A DNA stretch of 64,000 bases from Candidatus Nomurabacteria bacterium (GTDB taxonomy: Bacteria > Patescibacteriota > Minisyncoccia > Phycocordibacterales > UBA9973): assembly GCA_023267215.1 (NCBI GenBank), contig JAHFNS010000002.1, forward strand, positions 32,149 to 96,148, in the 5' to 3' direction. The notes beneath the pieces are model-generated. The model worked only from the letters and a program-made list of their open reading frames with translations. It searched no databases and was not told the DNA's origin. Shown piece after piece: positions 31,165 through 44,097 of this stretch. The position numbers and the translations under genes were made by a program. Position 1 is the first letter of the stretch. Every line of letters starts with the position of its first letter.

Positions 31165-31188
31165 AAAGAGCTTTTCTAAAAGATTTAA

Positions 31189-34125
31189 CTACTTATAAAT
31201 CTCTGCCATTTTGCAATACTCACATTCAGTATTTTTACCGTAAGAATTATAATTACAAGGTCTGTTGATCCATCCGCCTTCTCTTAAAAGAGAATCATAG
31301 TCTTTAATATCTTCTACTAGTAAAACGATTTGCTCTGGTTGTATTTTTGTATTATAAAAAGCATCTTTTTTATCTTTAGCCTCCAAAAATTCCAATCTAG
31401 ATTCAGAAACTTTTACTTTCCATTTAGGACTTTGTTCTAAAAGATAAGAATACATGGAAAGCTGGCGCATTAAGTTGCTCATTCTACCCTCTTCATTCAT
31501 TTTTTCTATTTCGCTTTTCTTTTTAGCACTACCAGTTTTAAAATCTGTCACTCTTATATTTTCTTTATCCAATTTTTCTATTAAATCAATTTTTCCATAA
31601 ATATTCAAATGTGGAAAACGGTCATCTGTTATAGACACCGGCTGTTCATTTTCTCTATCTTTATTTATATCTCCTAAACGATCATCCATCCATTTCAAAA
31701 CAATTTGTAATGCTTCTTTATCTTCTCCTACAATATCAGTTATTTCTTTTTTTGTTATTTTCTTGTTTTGTTTTAAGATATAGTCGATGGCTTTATGCAC
31801 TCTATCACCCACCTCTAAGCTTTCACTCTTCGCTTCTGGTAATTGAAGTAAATTTCTGAAATACCATTTCCAAGGACATTCAAAAAAATTATTAAGCAAA
31901 GATACTGAGACTTTACGTTCCTCATATTCATTACTTACTAATTTTACTAATTCTTTCAAACCCATACTTTCATGTTTCCAGTCTTTCTTTTCTATATATG
32001 CTTTAGGATTGTGGGCAAGAATTATTTTTTCTGTTTCATCAGCATTTTGTTTAGAAAATATTTCATCGGGAAGATCCCTAATAATGTAAGCTAGTTCTAG
32101 CTCTGCCCCAGTATAAGAGTGCAGAGCGTACGAAATTATACAAAATCTTTTCGCCCGAGTAATAGCGACATACAATTCTCTCTTGGCTGTCTCAATATCT
32201 TTCTTTTCAATCTTTTCTAAAATAGACTCGGGCAATGTGAAGGCTTGTTTCTTGCCAGACATCAACGATTTCTCATTCATGTGAGCAATAAAAACTGTAT
32301 CAAATTCTAAACCTTTAGAGCCATGCAAGGTAAGAACCTTTACTCCTTCATCAGCAGAAAACACAGCAAGTGGTATATGTTCTCCATAAGCTTCTAAGCG
32401 TTCAATAAAATTTACAAAACTCTTAAGGGTAAGTTTTTTATTTCTTTCACTTTGAGATAAAGCTAGATGTAAAAATGTTCTTACGACTTCCACTCTCTCC
32501 ACAAGCTCCTCGTGATTTTTCACATTAGTAAGAAAAAAGTCGTCTGCTATTTTTTGAACGATACTGTAGACTTTCATATCTTTAGATAGAAGAAGCCAAG
32601 AACGTAATTTGTTAAACCAATTTTCGACAGGAGAATCAATTTCAAAAAGACTTTGTTTGTTATCTTTTGCTTCTAAAGAAATACTTCTCATATTATTTTC
32701 TCTGGCAAATTTATGCGCTAAGATCGGAGGAATATTTGAAAATTTATCAAATATGGATTCTGCTATAGTAACACTATCATAAGGATCAGAAATGATTTTA
32801 AAAATTCGTAATAGTGCTATAGTTTCTTCTTTCTCAAAAAAATCTATTGAAATATTGGCAGATATAGGAACACCCATATCTCGTAAAATAGAAATTGCAC
32901 TGCGTACCTGCTTGTTTTTTGGCACCAATATAGCAATATGATTTGGGTCTATGCCAGATTTTATTTTTTCTTTGATTTCAATACCACAAGAAATAATCTC
33001 ATCTCTTTCATACGAAGCTTCAACGAGACGAATAGGATACTCTTCCTTACTCTGACTTTTTAATTTCTCGGAATTTACTTTACTCTCTAGTAATACATGT
33101 GAAGCGTCCAGAATGACTTGGGTAGATCTATAATTGTCTATCAAGGTAATCAATTTTGCTTTACCAAAATAATTTTTAAAACCTTCAAAATAAGCAAGAG
33201 ATGCACCTCCAAAACCATAAATGAGCTGACGATCATCCCCTACCACAAATATATTCGGCATATCGACATCACCCCAGACAACCTTTAAAAATTCATTTTG
33301 TACACCACTCGAATCTTGATGTTCGTCAATTAAAACATATAAATATTGCTCTTTGATGTTAGCCTTTACATCTTCCGATATTTCTACTATACGTACCAAA
33401 TTTTCTAGGATATCATCATAGTCTAAAAATTCTTGTTCTTTTTTTGCCTTCTCATAAAGTTCATAAAACTTTACAACTTCCAGTGTTCTGTTTAATCCTT
33501 CTATTTTTTTAATTATATCTTTCTTCAGTTCTCCTTTTGTCTCTCCCCTTGAAGAAATACTATTAGGATCATTTTCCAATTTTTTTATTTCTTCATTTAT
33601 TTGATCTCTAAAAAACTGAGGAGTCATACGTTCACGCTTCAAAAGAGAAATTAGTGATTTTAAATCAAAAAAATACTTTGAGGAATCGCCTCTAGGACGA
33701 ATATATTGCCAGTCGTTTTCTTCTAAAATGCTATCGCAAAGTGTAATGGCATCTTTTTCGTCAAGCAATTTGGGTGGAGAAATGAAATCTAAAATAGCAT
33801 AATTCTCTTCGAGAATTTTCATCCCAAAACTATGGAAAGTAGAGATGTTTACCTTTGAACTTTCTTTGCCAATATAGGTACGCAATCTCTTTTTCATGGC
33901 AGTTACACCTGCGTTCGTAAAAGTAAGACACAAAATACCATCAGATTCAGTAGTACCTTTTTTTAGAATATTACCTATTCTTAAAGCTAATATTTGAGTT
34001 TTACCTGTGCCTGGACCTGCTACAACCATCACTGGACCGTCTATAGTATCCACAGCTTCTTTTTGGGCCTTATTAAGCTTCTTGTATTCTTCTTCAAATA
34101 TATTATTATCTTTAGTCATTAACAT
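31189..34125 (-). CDS. UvrD/AddA-like SF1 helicase fused to C-terminal PD-(D/E)XK RecB/Cas4-like nuclease with Cys cluster
   Basis: Walker A AGPGTGKTQ, UvrD motifs; C-terminal D..DFKTG..QLSMYSYLL (QxxxY) and CNYNSYGKNTECEYC; no adjacent addB-like partner. Confidence 0.7.
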   Translation of the reverse strand: MLMTKDNNIFEEEYKKLNKAQKEAVDTIDGPVMVVAGPGTGKTQILALRIGNILKKGTTESDGILCLTFTNAGVTAMKKRLRTYIGKESSKVNISTFHSFGMKILEENYAILDFISPPKLLDEKDAITLCDSILEENDWQYIRPRGDSSKYFFDLKSLISLLKRERMTPQFFRDQINEEIKKLENDPNSISSRGETKGELKKDIIKKIEGLNRTLEVVKFYELYEKAKKEQEFLDYDDILENLVRIVEISEDVKANIKEQYLYVLIDEHQDSSGVQNEFLKVVWGDVDMPNIFVVGDDRQLIYGFGGASLAYFEGFKNYFGKAKLITLIDNYRSTQVILDASHVLLESKVNSEKLKSQSKEEYPIRLVEASYERDEIISCGIEIKEKIKSGIDPNHIAILVPKNKQVRSAISILRDMGVPISANISIDFFEKEETIALLRIFKIISDPYDSVTIAESIFDKFSNIPPILAHKFARENNMRSISLEAKDNKQSLFEIDSPVENWFNKLRSWLLLSKDMKVYSIVQKIADDFFLTNVKNHEELVERVEVVRTFLHLALSQSERNKKLTLKSFVNFIERLEAYGEHIPLAVFSADEGVKVLTLHGSKGLEFDTVFIAHMNEKSLMSGKKQAFTLPESILEKIEKKDIETAKRELYVAITRAKRFCIISYALHSYTGAELELAYIIRDLPDEIFSKQNADETEKIILAHNPKAYIEKKDWKHESMGLKELVKLVSNEYEERKVSVSLLNNFFECPWKWYFRNLLQLPEAKSESLEVGDRVHKAIDYILKQNKKITKKEITDIVGEDKEALQIVLKWMDDRLGDINKDRENEQPVSITDDRFPHLNIYGKIDLIEKLDKENIRVTDFKTGSAKKKSEIEKMNEEGRMSNLMRQLSMYSYLLEQSPKWKVKVSESRLEFLEAKDKKDAFYNTKIQPEQIVLLVEDIKDYDSLLREGGWINRPCNYNSYGKNTECEYCKMAEIYK

Positions 34126-34129
34126 TATT

Positions 34130-35050
34130 TTATATCTTTTTAGGAAAAATAACAGATAAAATCATTGACGAACAAAGTGCAAACATTATAACTCCAAACG
34201 AAATAAAAGAAGACAAATGAATTCCGAAAATGGGGAAAAACATTTTTAACCCTATAAAAACTAAGATAATCGCAAGACCTTTTTGTAAATAGTGAAAATG
34301 ATGTAATACATTTTCAATTAGGAAAAACAAGGCTCGTAAACCCATAATCGCAAAAATATTTGAAGTAAATACAACAAATGAATTTTGGGAAATAGCAAAT
34401 ACTGCTGGTATAGAATCAACAGCAAAAATAATGTCAGTTACTTCTACTAATAGAACAACCATAAATAGTAAAGTAAAGTAAAATTTTCCATTCTCTCTAA
34501 AAAAGAATCTGCCACCATGAGGACTAGAAGTAAAAGGTAAAATTTTATGTGCAAGTTTTATTACTTTATTATTTTTAAAATCAATATGTTCTTCTTTTTT
34601 ATCTAGTAACAATTTTATACCTGTATAAAGCAATATTGCTCCAAAAATATACAAAACCCAAAAAAACTGATGTACAAGATAAGCACCAGCTGCAATAAAA
34701 ATAGCACGAAAAATAATAGCCCCGAAAATACCCCAAAACAAAACTTTATGATGATAAATTTCTTCTAATTTGAAATAACTAAAAATTAAAATAATAACAA
34801 AAAGATTATCTACAGAAAGCATTTTCTCTGTAACATATGCACTAAAAAATTCAATAGCTGTTTCTTTATTAAGAAATTGAAAAATCAAAAGACCAAAAAC
34901 CAGAGAAATTAATACCCAAAAAAGTGATTGATATAATGCTTCCTTATATCCAATCTTATGACTTTTCCTATTTAAAAAACCAAGGTCCACGATTAAAAAA
35001 CCAACGACTATAACACCAAAAAGTATTGTTAATTTTGTTTGAATGTCCAT
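34130..35050 (-). CDS. TerC-family integral membrane protein
   Basis: multiple TM helices with DNLFVIILIF-type TerC motif. Confidence 0.6.
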   Translation of the reverse strand: MDIQTKLTILFGVIVVGFLIVDLGFLNRKSHKIGYKEALYQSLFWVLISLVFGLLIFQFLNKETAIEFFSAYVTEKMLSVDNLFVIILIFSYFKLEEIYHHKVLFWGIFGAIIFRAIFIAAGAYLVHQFFWVLYIFGAILLYTGIKLLLDKKEEHIDFKNNKVIKLAHKILPFTSSPHGGRFFFRENGKFYFTLLFMVVLLVEVTDIIFAVDSIPAVFAISQNSFVVFTSNIFAIMGLRALFFLIENVLHHFHYLQKGLAIILVFIGLKMFFPIFGIHLSSFISFGVIMFALCSSMILSVIFPKKI

Positions 35051-35057
35051 TTAAATT

Positions 35058-35456
35058 TTATTCCGTTGTTATACCATCAAACTCTGGACCGTCAGCTTCT
35101 GCTTCCGCTTTAGTTGCCCGCACTATCCCATCTTTATGATGAGCTGGAGAATAGATAGTATAAAGTTTCAAATCTTCTGTGCTAGAAGTATTAATGATAT
35201 TATGTTCTGCACCAGATGGAACAATAATGACAGAACCATCACCTAAAACATATTCATTGCCATCAATAATACATTTCCCTTCTCCTTTTTCAAAACGGAA
35301 AAATTGATCATTCTCAGTGTGTACCTCCATACCTATCTCCTCATTTGGCTTTAAACTCATCAAAACCAATTGACTATGTTTGCCGGTGTATAAAACTTTA
35401 CGAAAATTTGTATTCTCTATTGTTTCTTTCTCTATGTTTGTATTAAATCCTTTCAT
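35058..35456 (-). CDS. cupin-domain protein
   Basis: two-His cupin motif region (GMEVHTENDQFFRFEKGEG ... PSGAEHNIIN). Confidence 0.55.
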   Translation of the reverse strand: MKGFNTNIEKETIENTNFRKVLYTGKHSQLVLMSLKPNEEIGMEVHTENDQFFRFEKGEGKCIIDGNEYVLGDGSVIIVPSGAEHNIINTSSTEDLKLYTIYSPAHHKDGIVRATKAEAEADGPEFDGITTE

Positions 35457-35500
35457 ATAATTTTTTTATTAATTAATAAACTATCCGACTTATATTAATT

Positions 35501-36283
35501 TTACCATATTTTGGTTCTTTTTATTGAAAAAGCTAAAGACGGTATTTTGAGCTTATTTCCTAATGTGTTTGCAATAGTCCTCACATACGTACCACTACTA
35601 CATTTAGTCTTAAATTTAGCTACTAAGAATTCTCTTTTATTTTCTGTTTGTAATTCTTTCTTCCAAATCTTTAAAATTTCATCCTGCCTGAAATTCCCTT
35701 TCACTTTTTTAATCCTCTTTTCTATATTTTCAAACAATTTCTTGTTGTCTGTGCTTCTTATTTTCTCTAATTTTAATTTTTTAATAAAAATTTTTCTTTC
35801 TGGAACTTCCACCTCTTCCCCATTTCTGGCATAAGCAAACAATGGTTTGCCTTTTACTGTCTTCGAAGAATACATGGGGTACTTCTGCACACTTTCACCT
35901 AAAAAACTTTTTAAATTCTTTTTTATTTCCCCTTCTAAATTTTTTACATCTACGCCATGGCGTAGATTGGTTTTTGTTATATTCTGTTTATTTATCACCT
36001 TCCCTAAAATGTCATAAGTATCAGTACTAAAACCAAAAAGTACTTCGAATTCATATTCTTTCTCTTTCATCAAATATTTTTCTTTGTTTTTTGTTTCCTC
36101 TTCTGTAAGAATTAATAAAACCCCGCTTGCCATAGGATCCAGTCTACCAGCATAAGTCATGGGCACATCTAAATACTTAGGATTTTTCTTGCGAAAATTC
36201 TCCATCGCTTCAAGTGGAGTTTCTCCTTCTTTTTTATTTAAAGTAATTACTTTTTTCACAAGATAATAAATTTCAGAAACCAA
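35501..36283 (-). CDS. truB: tRNA pseudouridine55 synthase TruB carrying in-frame palindrome insertion
   Basis: catalytic GRLDPMASGVLLI motif; insertion encodes LRHGVDV. Confidence 0.85.
   Translation of the reverse strand: MVSEIYYLVKKVITLNKKEGETPLEAMENFRKKNPKYLDVPMTYAGRLDPMASGVLLILTEEETKNKEKYLMKEKEYEFEVLFGFSTDTYDILGKVINKQNITKTNLRHGVDVKNLEGEIKKNLKSFLGESVQKYPMYSSKTVKGKPLFAYARNGEEVEVPERKIFIKKLKLEKIRSTDNKKLFENIEKRIKKVKGNFRQDEILKIWKKELQTENKREFLVAKFKTKCSSGTYVRTIANTLGNKLKIPSLAFSIKRTKIW
35943..35962. repeat. 20-nt perfect palindrome ATCTACGCCATGGCGTAGAT inside truB
   Basis: read directly; identical 20-mer inside comF (53768-53787). Confidence 0.9.
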
Positions 36284-37019
36284 ACAAAAGTTTTACACCT
36301 AATATGGTACCAATAATTACAAACATTATTTTAATAAATTTATTACCTTTATACTTTGCATATCGCGAACCTATATATCCCCCAATGAGAGATCCAATTA
36401 TAGTAGGTATCATAATTTCTAAACTAAAATATCCTTTAGAAAGAAACATTACTATAGCAAGAACTTCCCATGGAAAGACTACTGAATAGTAATAACCGAG
36501 AGCATCAACAAAATCAAAACCTTTTGTTTCTAAAGTTACTATTGAAAATAGTATTCCATTACCAGAGCCAAAAAATCCTTCATAAAACCCTAAAATTAAT
36601 CCAAAAAAATAAGCGACAGATTGTTTGAGTTTTGAATAAACTTTCTTTTCTGATAAACCAACATCTTTTTTAAGAAGCACATATATTACCAAACTTAATA
36701 TCAATATTCCTACAATTATCCCAGCAGTTCTCTGATTAATAGAAAATACGATTAATGTTCCAAAATAAACACCTATTAATCCAATAAGACTAAAAATAGA
36801 TAAAAACTTCCAATCAATTTTCCTATCCTTAAGATAATTACGAGAAGCTGGTAAAACCCAAAAAATTGAACTTATTTTTTGTGCTGCTGTCGCTAAAGGA
36901 AAAGATATACCCAACGAGAGCAACACTGGAATATTTATTACAGATGCTCCACCACCAGACATCGAACTCAATGAAGTAGCAATAATGGATACCACTAAAA
37001 TAATAAAAAAGGTTAACAT
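36273..37019 (-). CDS. TauE/SafE-family (sulfite exporter-like) membrane protein
   Basis: 8 predicted TM helices, internal duplication, Gly-rich helices typical of TauE/SafE (DUF81). Confidence 0.6.
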   Translation of the reverse strand: MLTFFIILVVSIIATSLSSMSGGGASVINIPVLLSLGISFPLATAAQKISSIFWVLPASRNYLKDRKIDWKFLSIFSLIGLIGVYFGTLIVFSINQRTAGIIVGILILSLVIYVLLKKDVGLSEKKVYSKLKQSVAYFFGLILGFYEGFFGSGNGILFSIVTLETKGFDFVDALGYYYSVVFPWEVLAIVMFLSKGYFSLEIMIPTIIGSLIGGYIGSRYAKYKGNKFIKIMFVIIGTILGVKLLFGF

Positions 37020-37067
37020 TAACTTATATTATACTTTTTTATTAAAATAAGGTAAATTAGAGTGTGA

Positions 37068-37152
37068 GGAGGCGTCGCATAGCGGTCTAGTGCGCAGACC
37101 TGGAAAGTCTGTGTGGGGAAACCCACCGAGAGTTCGAATCTCTCCGCCTCCG
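37068..37152 (+). tRNA. tRNA-Ser (anticodon GGA), long variable arm, no encoded CCA
   Basis: acceptor GGAGGCG/CGCCUCC, anticodon stem CAGAC/GUCUG with loop CUGGAAA, T-arm GAGAGUUCGAAUCUCUC. Confidence 0.85.
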
Positions 37153-37173
37153 CAGTAAGTATTTAGTATCGGC

Positions 37174-37728
37174 ATGGCTCACGTGCCTAAAATCATGAAT
37201 AATCAACAAACAACAGTAATTTTATTCAGAGGTCGTCCTGGTGTTGGAAAGACGACTATTTCAAATGCTTTTGCCACTGAAAGAGAAATTCCCATTCTAC
37301 GAAAAGATGATATTTATGATATCTCTGCACTTTATATTAGTGACCATAAAACTCGAAATAAAATAAGTTATGATTCAATGTTTAAAATACTTGAGACTAA
37401 TTCTTTGTTTAATACTCAAATAGTGCTTGATTTTCCTTTTAATAAAGAAGGGGAAATAAAAAATTTATATGATTGGTGTAATAACCACAACATGAGATTG
37501 ATTTCAGCATTGGTTATTTGTTCTGATAGAAAAATTTGGGAGTCTCGTTTTAATAAAAGATCTGAAAATCCTACACCGAATCAATTAATTACAAATCTGA
37601 ACGAATTAGAAAAACATTATGGCGATTTAAATGTTACTTCTTTAAAAGACGAAATTGTTCTAGACACAATCAATTCTACTGAAGATATTTTAAAACAACT
37701 TGAAACTCACATACCTAAATTCCAGTAG
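37174..37728 (+). CDS. P-loop NTPase, putative small-molecule/nucleotide kinase (AAA_33-like)
   Basis: Walker A GRPGVGKTT near N-terminus; 184 aa single domain. Confidence 0.45.
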   Translation: MAHVPKIMNNQQTTVILFRGRPGVGKTTISNAFATEREIPILRKDDIYDISALYISDHKTRNKISYDSMFKILETNSLFNTQIVLDFPFNKEGEIKNLYDWCNNHNMRLISALVICSDRKIWESRFNKRSENPTPNQLITNLNELEKHYGDLNVTSLKDEIVLDTINSTEDILKQLETHIPKFQ

Positions 37729-37796
37729 TCAAAATATACTAGAATACCCTTAATGGGGCTTGTACCTCTGGGTACTGAACTCACCAACACCGCCAA

Positions 37797-38327
37797 TTAA
37801 ATTTTGGCTAATTCTTGTTTAGAATAATTAAGTGAAAAAAATTCTTTAGACACGAGCCACTTATTTATAAGTGGACTTAATGTAAGAGCAAAACCAATAT
37901 TCCCTGCTAAATGAAGAGCAGTAAAAGGAATCTGCATAACAAGAGCATTTAATATTGTCTGTCCCCACATTGGAGCAAATAAAACTCCAGTTATTAAGTC
38001 AAAGAAAATTGTCGCAAAGAATGCAAATACTGCAAAATTTAATATAGATGATTTAAATCTATTAAAATAAAAAAATGAAGCAAGACCAACAAATCCATAA
38101 GTAATACCTGCTGTCCAACTCCAAGCTCCAAAATGAGTTAAAACGTCATAAAGAAAGATACTTAAAAACCCAAAAGCAAAGCCCGATAGAGCCCCAAATC
38201 TACGTCCTAGAGGCATAATAGAAGCCATTATAGGTTCAACATTAGGTGCTCTTAAAGGAATTAATCTAAAAAGTAGACATCCAGTAAATACTATAAAAAT
38301 TTTAAATTTATTTTTCATATTTCCCAT
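37797..38327 (-). CDS. membrane protein, possibly ECF-transporter S-component-like
   Basis: 5-6 TM helices, aromatic-rich; assignment by general resemblance only. Confidence 0.3.
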   Translation of the reverse strand: MGNMKNKFKIFIVFTGCLLFRLIPLRAPNVEPIMASIMPLGRRFGALSGFAFGFLSIFLYDVLTHFGAWSWTAGITYGFVGLASFFYFNRFKSSILNFAVFAFFATIFFDLITGVLFAPMWGQTILNALVMQIPFTALHLAGNIGFALTLSPLINKWLVSKEFFSLNYSKQELAKI

Positions 38328-38333
38328 GGAATT

Positions 38334-40979
<2,646 letters not shown>

Positions 40980-40992
<13 letters not shown>

Positions 40993-41459
40993 TTAAATAA
41001 AACTTCTGACAAAGTTATATTATAAGACCTGCCTATTTGATTCCAAGAAACAGTCGAGGAAATTTTCACTTCATTACTATTTATAATAGTTTTTTCCATC
41101 GTACGAGTAAAATTATTATTGTTGTTAAAAGGCATTGGATTAACATTTTCTATATCAGCCATACTAGCATCCCTAAAAGAAGACCAAGTGCGTCCGGTAG
41201 TGTTTGTAAATAAAACGTAGTTATCACGCATATTTCTAAGATATTCAACTCCCTCTTGGGCTAAATAAATAGCTGCTATTCTATTTTTAGCATATTGTGT
41301 ATTAGGAATATTCTGAGACATAAATGACATTACGGCTATAATAGATAAAGAAAAAATAGAAATAGAAACAAGAGTTTCGACTAGAGTAAAACCCCTACTT
41401 TGTCTTAACTTCGCAGAGCGAGCATTATTTTTTTGTTTAAAAAAATTTTTCATTTTCAT
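40980..41459 (-). CDS. type IV pseudopilin (prepilin-type N-terminal cleavage/methylation domain)
   Basis: RGFTLVETLVSISIFSL prepilin motif. Confidence 0.65.
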
Positions 41460-42058
41460 TAAAGTGAATTGTCTATTAATCGTTCCGAAACTGAAGTTTG
41501 TAAAGAAAAAGGAGTGACTACATTATTTTCTGAAGTTATCGTACCTGACAATCTAATAGTTACAAAAGGTTGTTCAAAATCATCCGGCTGTTTCAATGCA
41601 CCAAATACTGAAAAGCTAGAAGAAACTGAATCAATTTTAATTTCCGGAGTAGTAAGAGTTATAAAAGTACCATCTGTCCCAGCATCAGAAGATTTTTGGA
41701 TACTGCCATCGGGAAAAATTGCATATACTAATTGATTGCCAAAAGAAGATTTGAAAGAAATACCGCTCCCGCCAGTGGTGCAATTATGAAGAGAAATAGC
41801 AGTAAGATTTCCGTCATCTATACAATGATAATCGTATCCCGTTCGTAAGTTTCTAGAAATATCTTCCATCACAAAACTTAAACTATCCATAATAGAACGC
41901 ATATCTTGAGATTTTTTATGAATCAAACTAGAATTTAACAACGAACCCATTCCAAACATAACCACCACTAAAAAAAGAGAAATAGCAATCATCGTTTCTA
42001 TAATCGTATATCCTGTATTTATCCGCCTAAATTTTTTTAATTTATATTTTTTTATCAT
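41459..42058 (-). CDS. type IV pseudopilin
   Basis: TGYTIIETMIAISLFLVVV prepilin motif. Confidence 0.65.
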   Translation of the reverse strand: MIKKYKLKKFRRINTGYTIIETMIAISLFLVVVMFGMGSLLNSSLIHKKSQDMRSIMDSLSFVMEDISRNLRTGYDYHCIDDGNLTAISLHNCTTGGSGISFKSSFGNQLVYAIFPDGSIQKSSDAGTDGTFITLTTPEIKIDSVSSSFSVFGALKQPDDFEQPFVTIRLSGTITSENNVVTPFSLQTSVSERLIDNSL

Positions 42059-42091
42059 TATATTTTATATTATTTAAAAAATTTTGGCAGA

Positions 42092-42679
42092 TTAATTAAT
42101 TTGGATTCTACCTGAAGGGTATACTTTTATTTTAGCATTAAGTAACTGTGGAGAAGAAATGCTTATTTGAACATAAAAAATATTACATAATAAAGCCGGA
42201 TCAGAAGTAATGATAGCAGAAGAATTCGGACGTTTAAAAACTATATTTAAATTATTTACAGTCGCTGGACATCCATCTCCGATAATTCCTAACTCTGACA
42301 CATAATCCCCTTTGGTAATAGAAATTCTATCTAAACATTCTCCAGAACAACTAAGATCTCTGTAATAAGCATCAGCATTAAGATCAGTAAAATAAATAAA
42401 ATTTTTCTTATTAGTATCATTAGAAGTATTAAAATTGATACCATAAGATGGTTTCCAATCGAGAGGTGCATTAGTATTCCACAGCCCAGCCATAGAAGAT
42501 TTTTGAGCTTCCACTATTTTTAAAGCAATATCATTTGCTAAAACCTTTATATTTACTTTTTCTTCAAATTTTCCATAATTAAAAATCACAATAGAGGTCA
42601 TAACCGAAAAAATACTGAGAACTACTATCAGTTCCACATAGGTCATTCCTGCCTGATAATTACGAAATTTTTTAACCAT
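42092..42679 (-). CDS. type IV pseudopilin
   Basis: AGMTYVELIVVLSIFSV prepilin motif. Confidence 0.65.
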   Translation of the reverse strand: MVKKFRNYQAGMTYVELIVVLSIFSVMTSIVIFNYGKFEEKVNIKVLANDIALKIVEAQKSSMAGLWNTNAPLDWKPSYGINFNTSNDTNKKNFIYFTDLNADAYYRDLSCSGECLDRISITKGDYVSELGIIGDGCPATVNNLNIVFKRPNSSAIITSDPALLCNIFYVQISISSPQLLNAKIKVYPSGRIQIN

Positions 42680-42685
42680 TTTTTA

Positions 42686-43477
42686 TTAGAAACTAACTGA
42701 AAAAAGACTTAATTCGAAAAAGAAAGCCAGTAATACTCCTAAAACTAAAAACGGAGCAAAAGGAATCTCACTTTTCATTTTATGCTTTTTAGAAAAAATT
42801 ATAAGAATAATTCCAATTAATGCCCCTGACCAAAAAGCTAAAACGACTCCAGAAAATAATCGCGTATATCCAAGCAACCATCCTAGGCCTAAGGCTAATT
42901 TTCCATCTCCTAAGCCCATCCAAGTACCTTTAGATACAAGCCATAAAAGGACAAAAGGTAAAGCTAGTAATACTCCTGATAAAAATTCAGAAATAGGCGG
43001 AATATGTGGATAAAATAAATAATTACTGAAAAAGAATAAACCTATAAAAGCTATAACACCAAAAACGATAGAAAATGTATCGGGTATTATTTTATGCTTG
43101 TAGTCATAAACAGCAATTACTAACAGAAGTGAAAATAGTGTTGCATAATAGGCATAAGAAATAGAAAAAACAAGAGTATTGATATAAAAAACATCTTGAA
43201 ATTTCAAAAACAATCCAGCAAAAATGATACCTGAAATTATTTCTACTATGGGATATTGAAGTGAGATTTTCGTTTTACATTTTAAACATTTACCACCAAG
43301 TACTAGAAAACTAATCAAAGGTATAAGTTCGTAGAAGCGGAGTTCTTTTTTGCAAGTCAAACATCCACTTCTCCCTCCAAAATTACGTCCAGTATTGAAC
43401 CTAAAAATAACGACATTCAAAAAGCTGCCAATGATAAGCCCTAGGACAAAAAAAACTATCGTTAAAAAAAGATTCAT
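42686..43477 (-). CDS. pilD: prepilin peptidase (A24 family)
   Basis: N-terminal Zn-binding CxxC..CxxC pairs; catalytic D (VYDYKHKIIPD) and GLGDGKL second Asp motif. Confidence 0.85.
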   Translation of the reverse strand: MNLFLTIVFFVLGLIIGSFLNVVIFRFNTGRNFGGRSGCLTCKKELRFYELIPLISFLVLGGKCLKCKTKISLQYPIVEIISGIIFAGLFLKFQDVFYINTLVFSISYAYYATLFSLLLVIAVYDYKHKIIPDTFSIVFGVIAFIGLFFFSNYLFYPHIPPISEFLSGVLLALPFVLLWLVSKGTWMGLGDGKLALGLGWLLGYTRLFSGVVLAFWSGALIGIILIIFSKKHKMKSEIPFAPFLVLGVLLAFFFELSLFSVSF

Positions 43478-43483
43478 AACTAA

Positions 43484-43987
43484 TTATGGGCATTGTGTAA
43501 CATTTGATCCAAGACTTGTAGATTCTTTTGAAGCACCTGACGAATCAACACACCATCCACCACCAGTTAAACCTCCATTTGTAGTAGCAGTAGGATCTTT
43601 CAAAGATACAATCGCTGCCCAACCAGTTGTACTATCGTGACAAACTGCTGCTCCTGTCCCCCCTGAAGCACTATAAGTAAAACCTATAGTATCTCCACCA
43701 ACTGCTTGGCCTGGAGCAAGTTTTGCAGCTGAACTTGTTATCATTGGAGCAATATTGTTAGTTCCAGAAGTACATACATTGTCATAAGATGCAGCTAAAT
43801 CAAAAAACAATTCTGCTTGAGCTCGGGCATTACTTAAACCTGCCTTTATGGCGGTATCTGTACCTTTTGTTCTAGCAGTGTTTAAAGATGCCAAAACAAC
43901 TGAAGCCAAAACTCCAATAATAGCAACCACAACCAAAAGTTCAATCAACGTAAAACCTCTTTTAAAATTTTTCATATTACATTCCAT
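43484..43987 (-). CDS. pilA: major type IV pilin (PilA/ComGC-like)
   Basis: KRGFTLIELLVVVAIIGVLASVVL class III signal; C-terminal Cys pair. Confidence 0.8.
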   Translation of the reverse strand: MECNMKNFKRGFTLIELLVVVAIIGVLASVVLASLNTARTKGTDTAIKAGLSNARAQAELFFDLAASYDNVCTSGTNNIAPMITSSAAKLAPGQAVGGDTIGFTYSASGGTGAAVCHDSTTGWAAIVSLKDPTATTNGGLTGGGWCVDSSGASKESTSLGSNVTQCP

Positions 43988-44097
43988 ATCCTATTTTTTT
44001 AGGATAAATTAATTAATAAAATAATAATTTCGACTTATTTTTTATATCCTTATATTATAACTTCTCCAATCATCTAAAAGCAATAAGGTTATCCACA

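Noticed and set aside
37068-37800. tRNA-Ser followed by P-loop gene as a tRNA-targeted integrated island
   Set aside because: No direct repeat of the tRNA 3' end and no integrase gene were found downstream. The P-loop gene looks like an ordinary small kinase.
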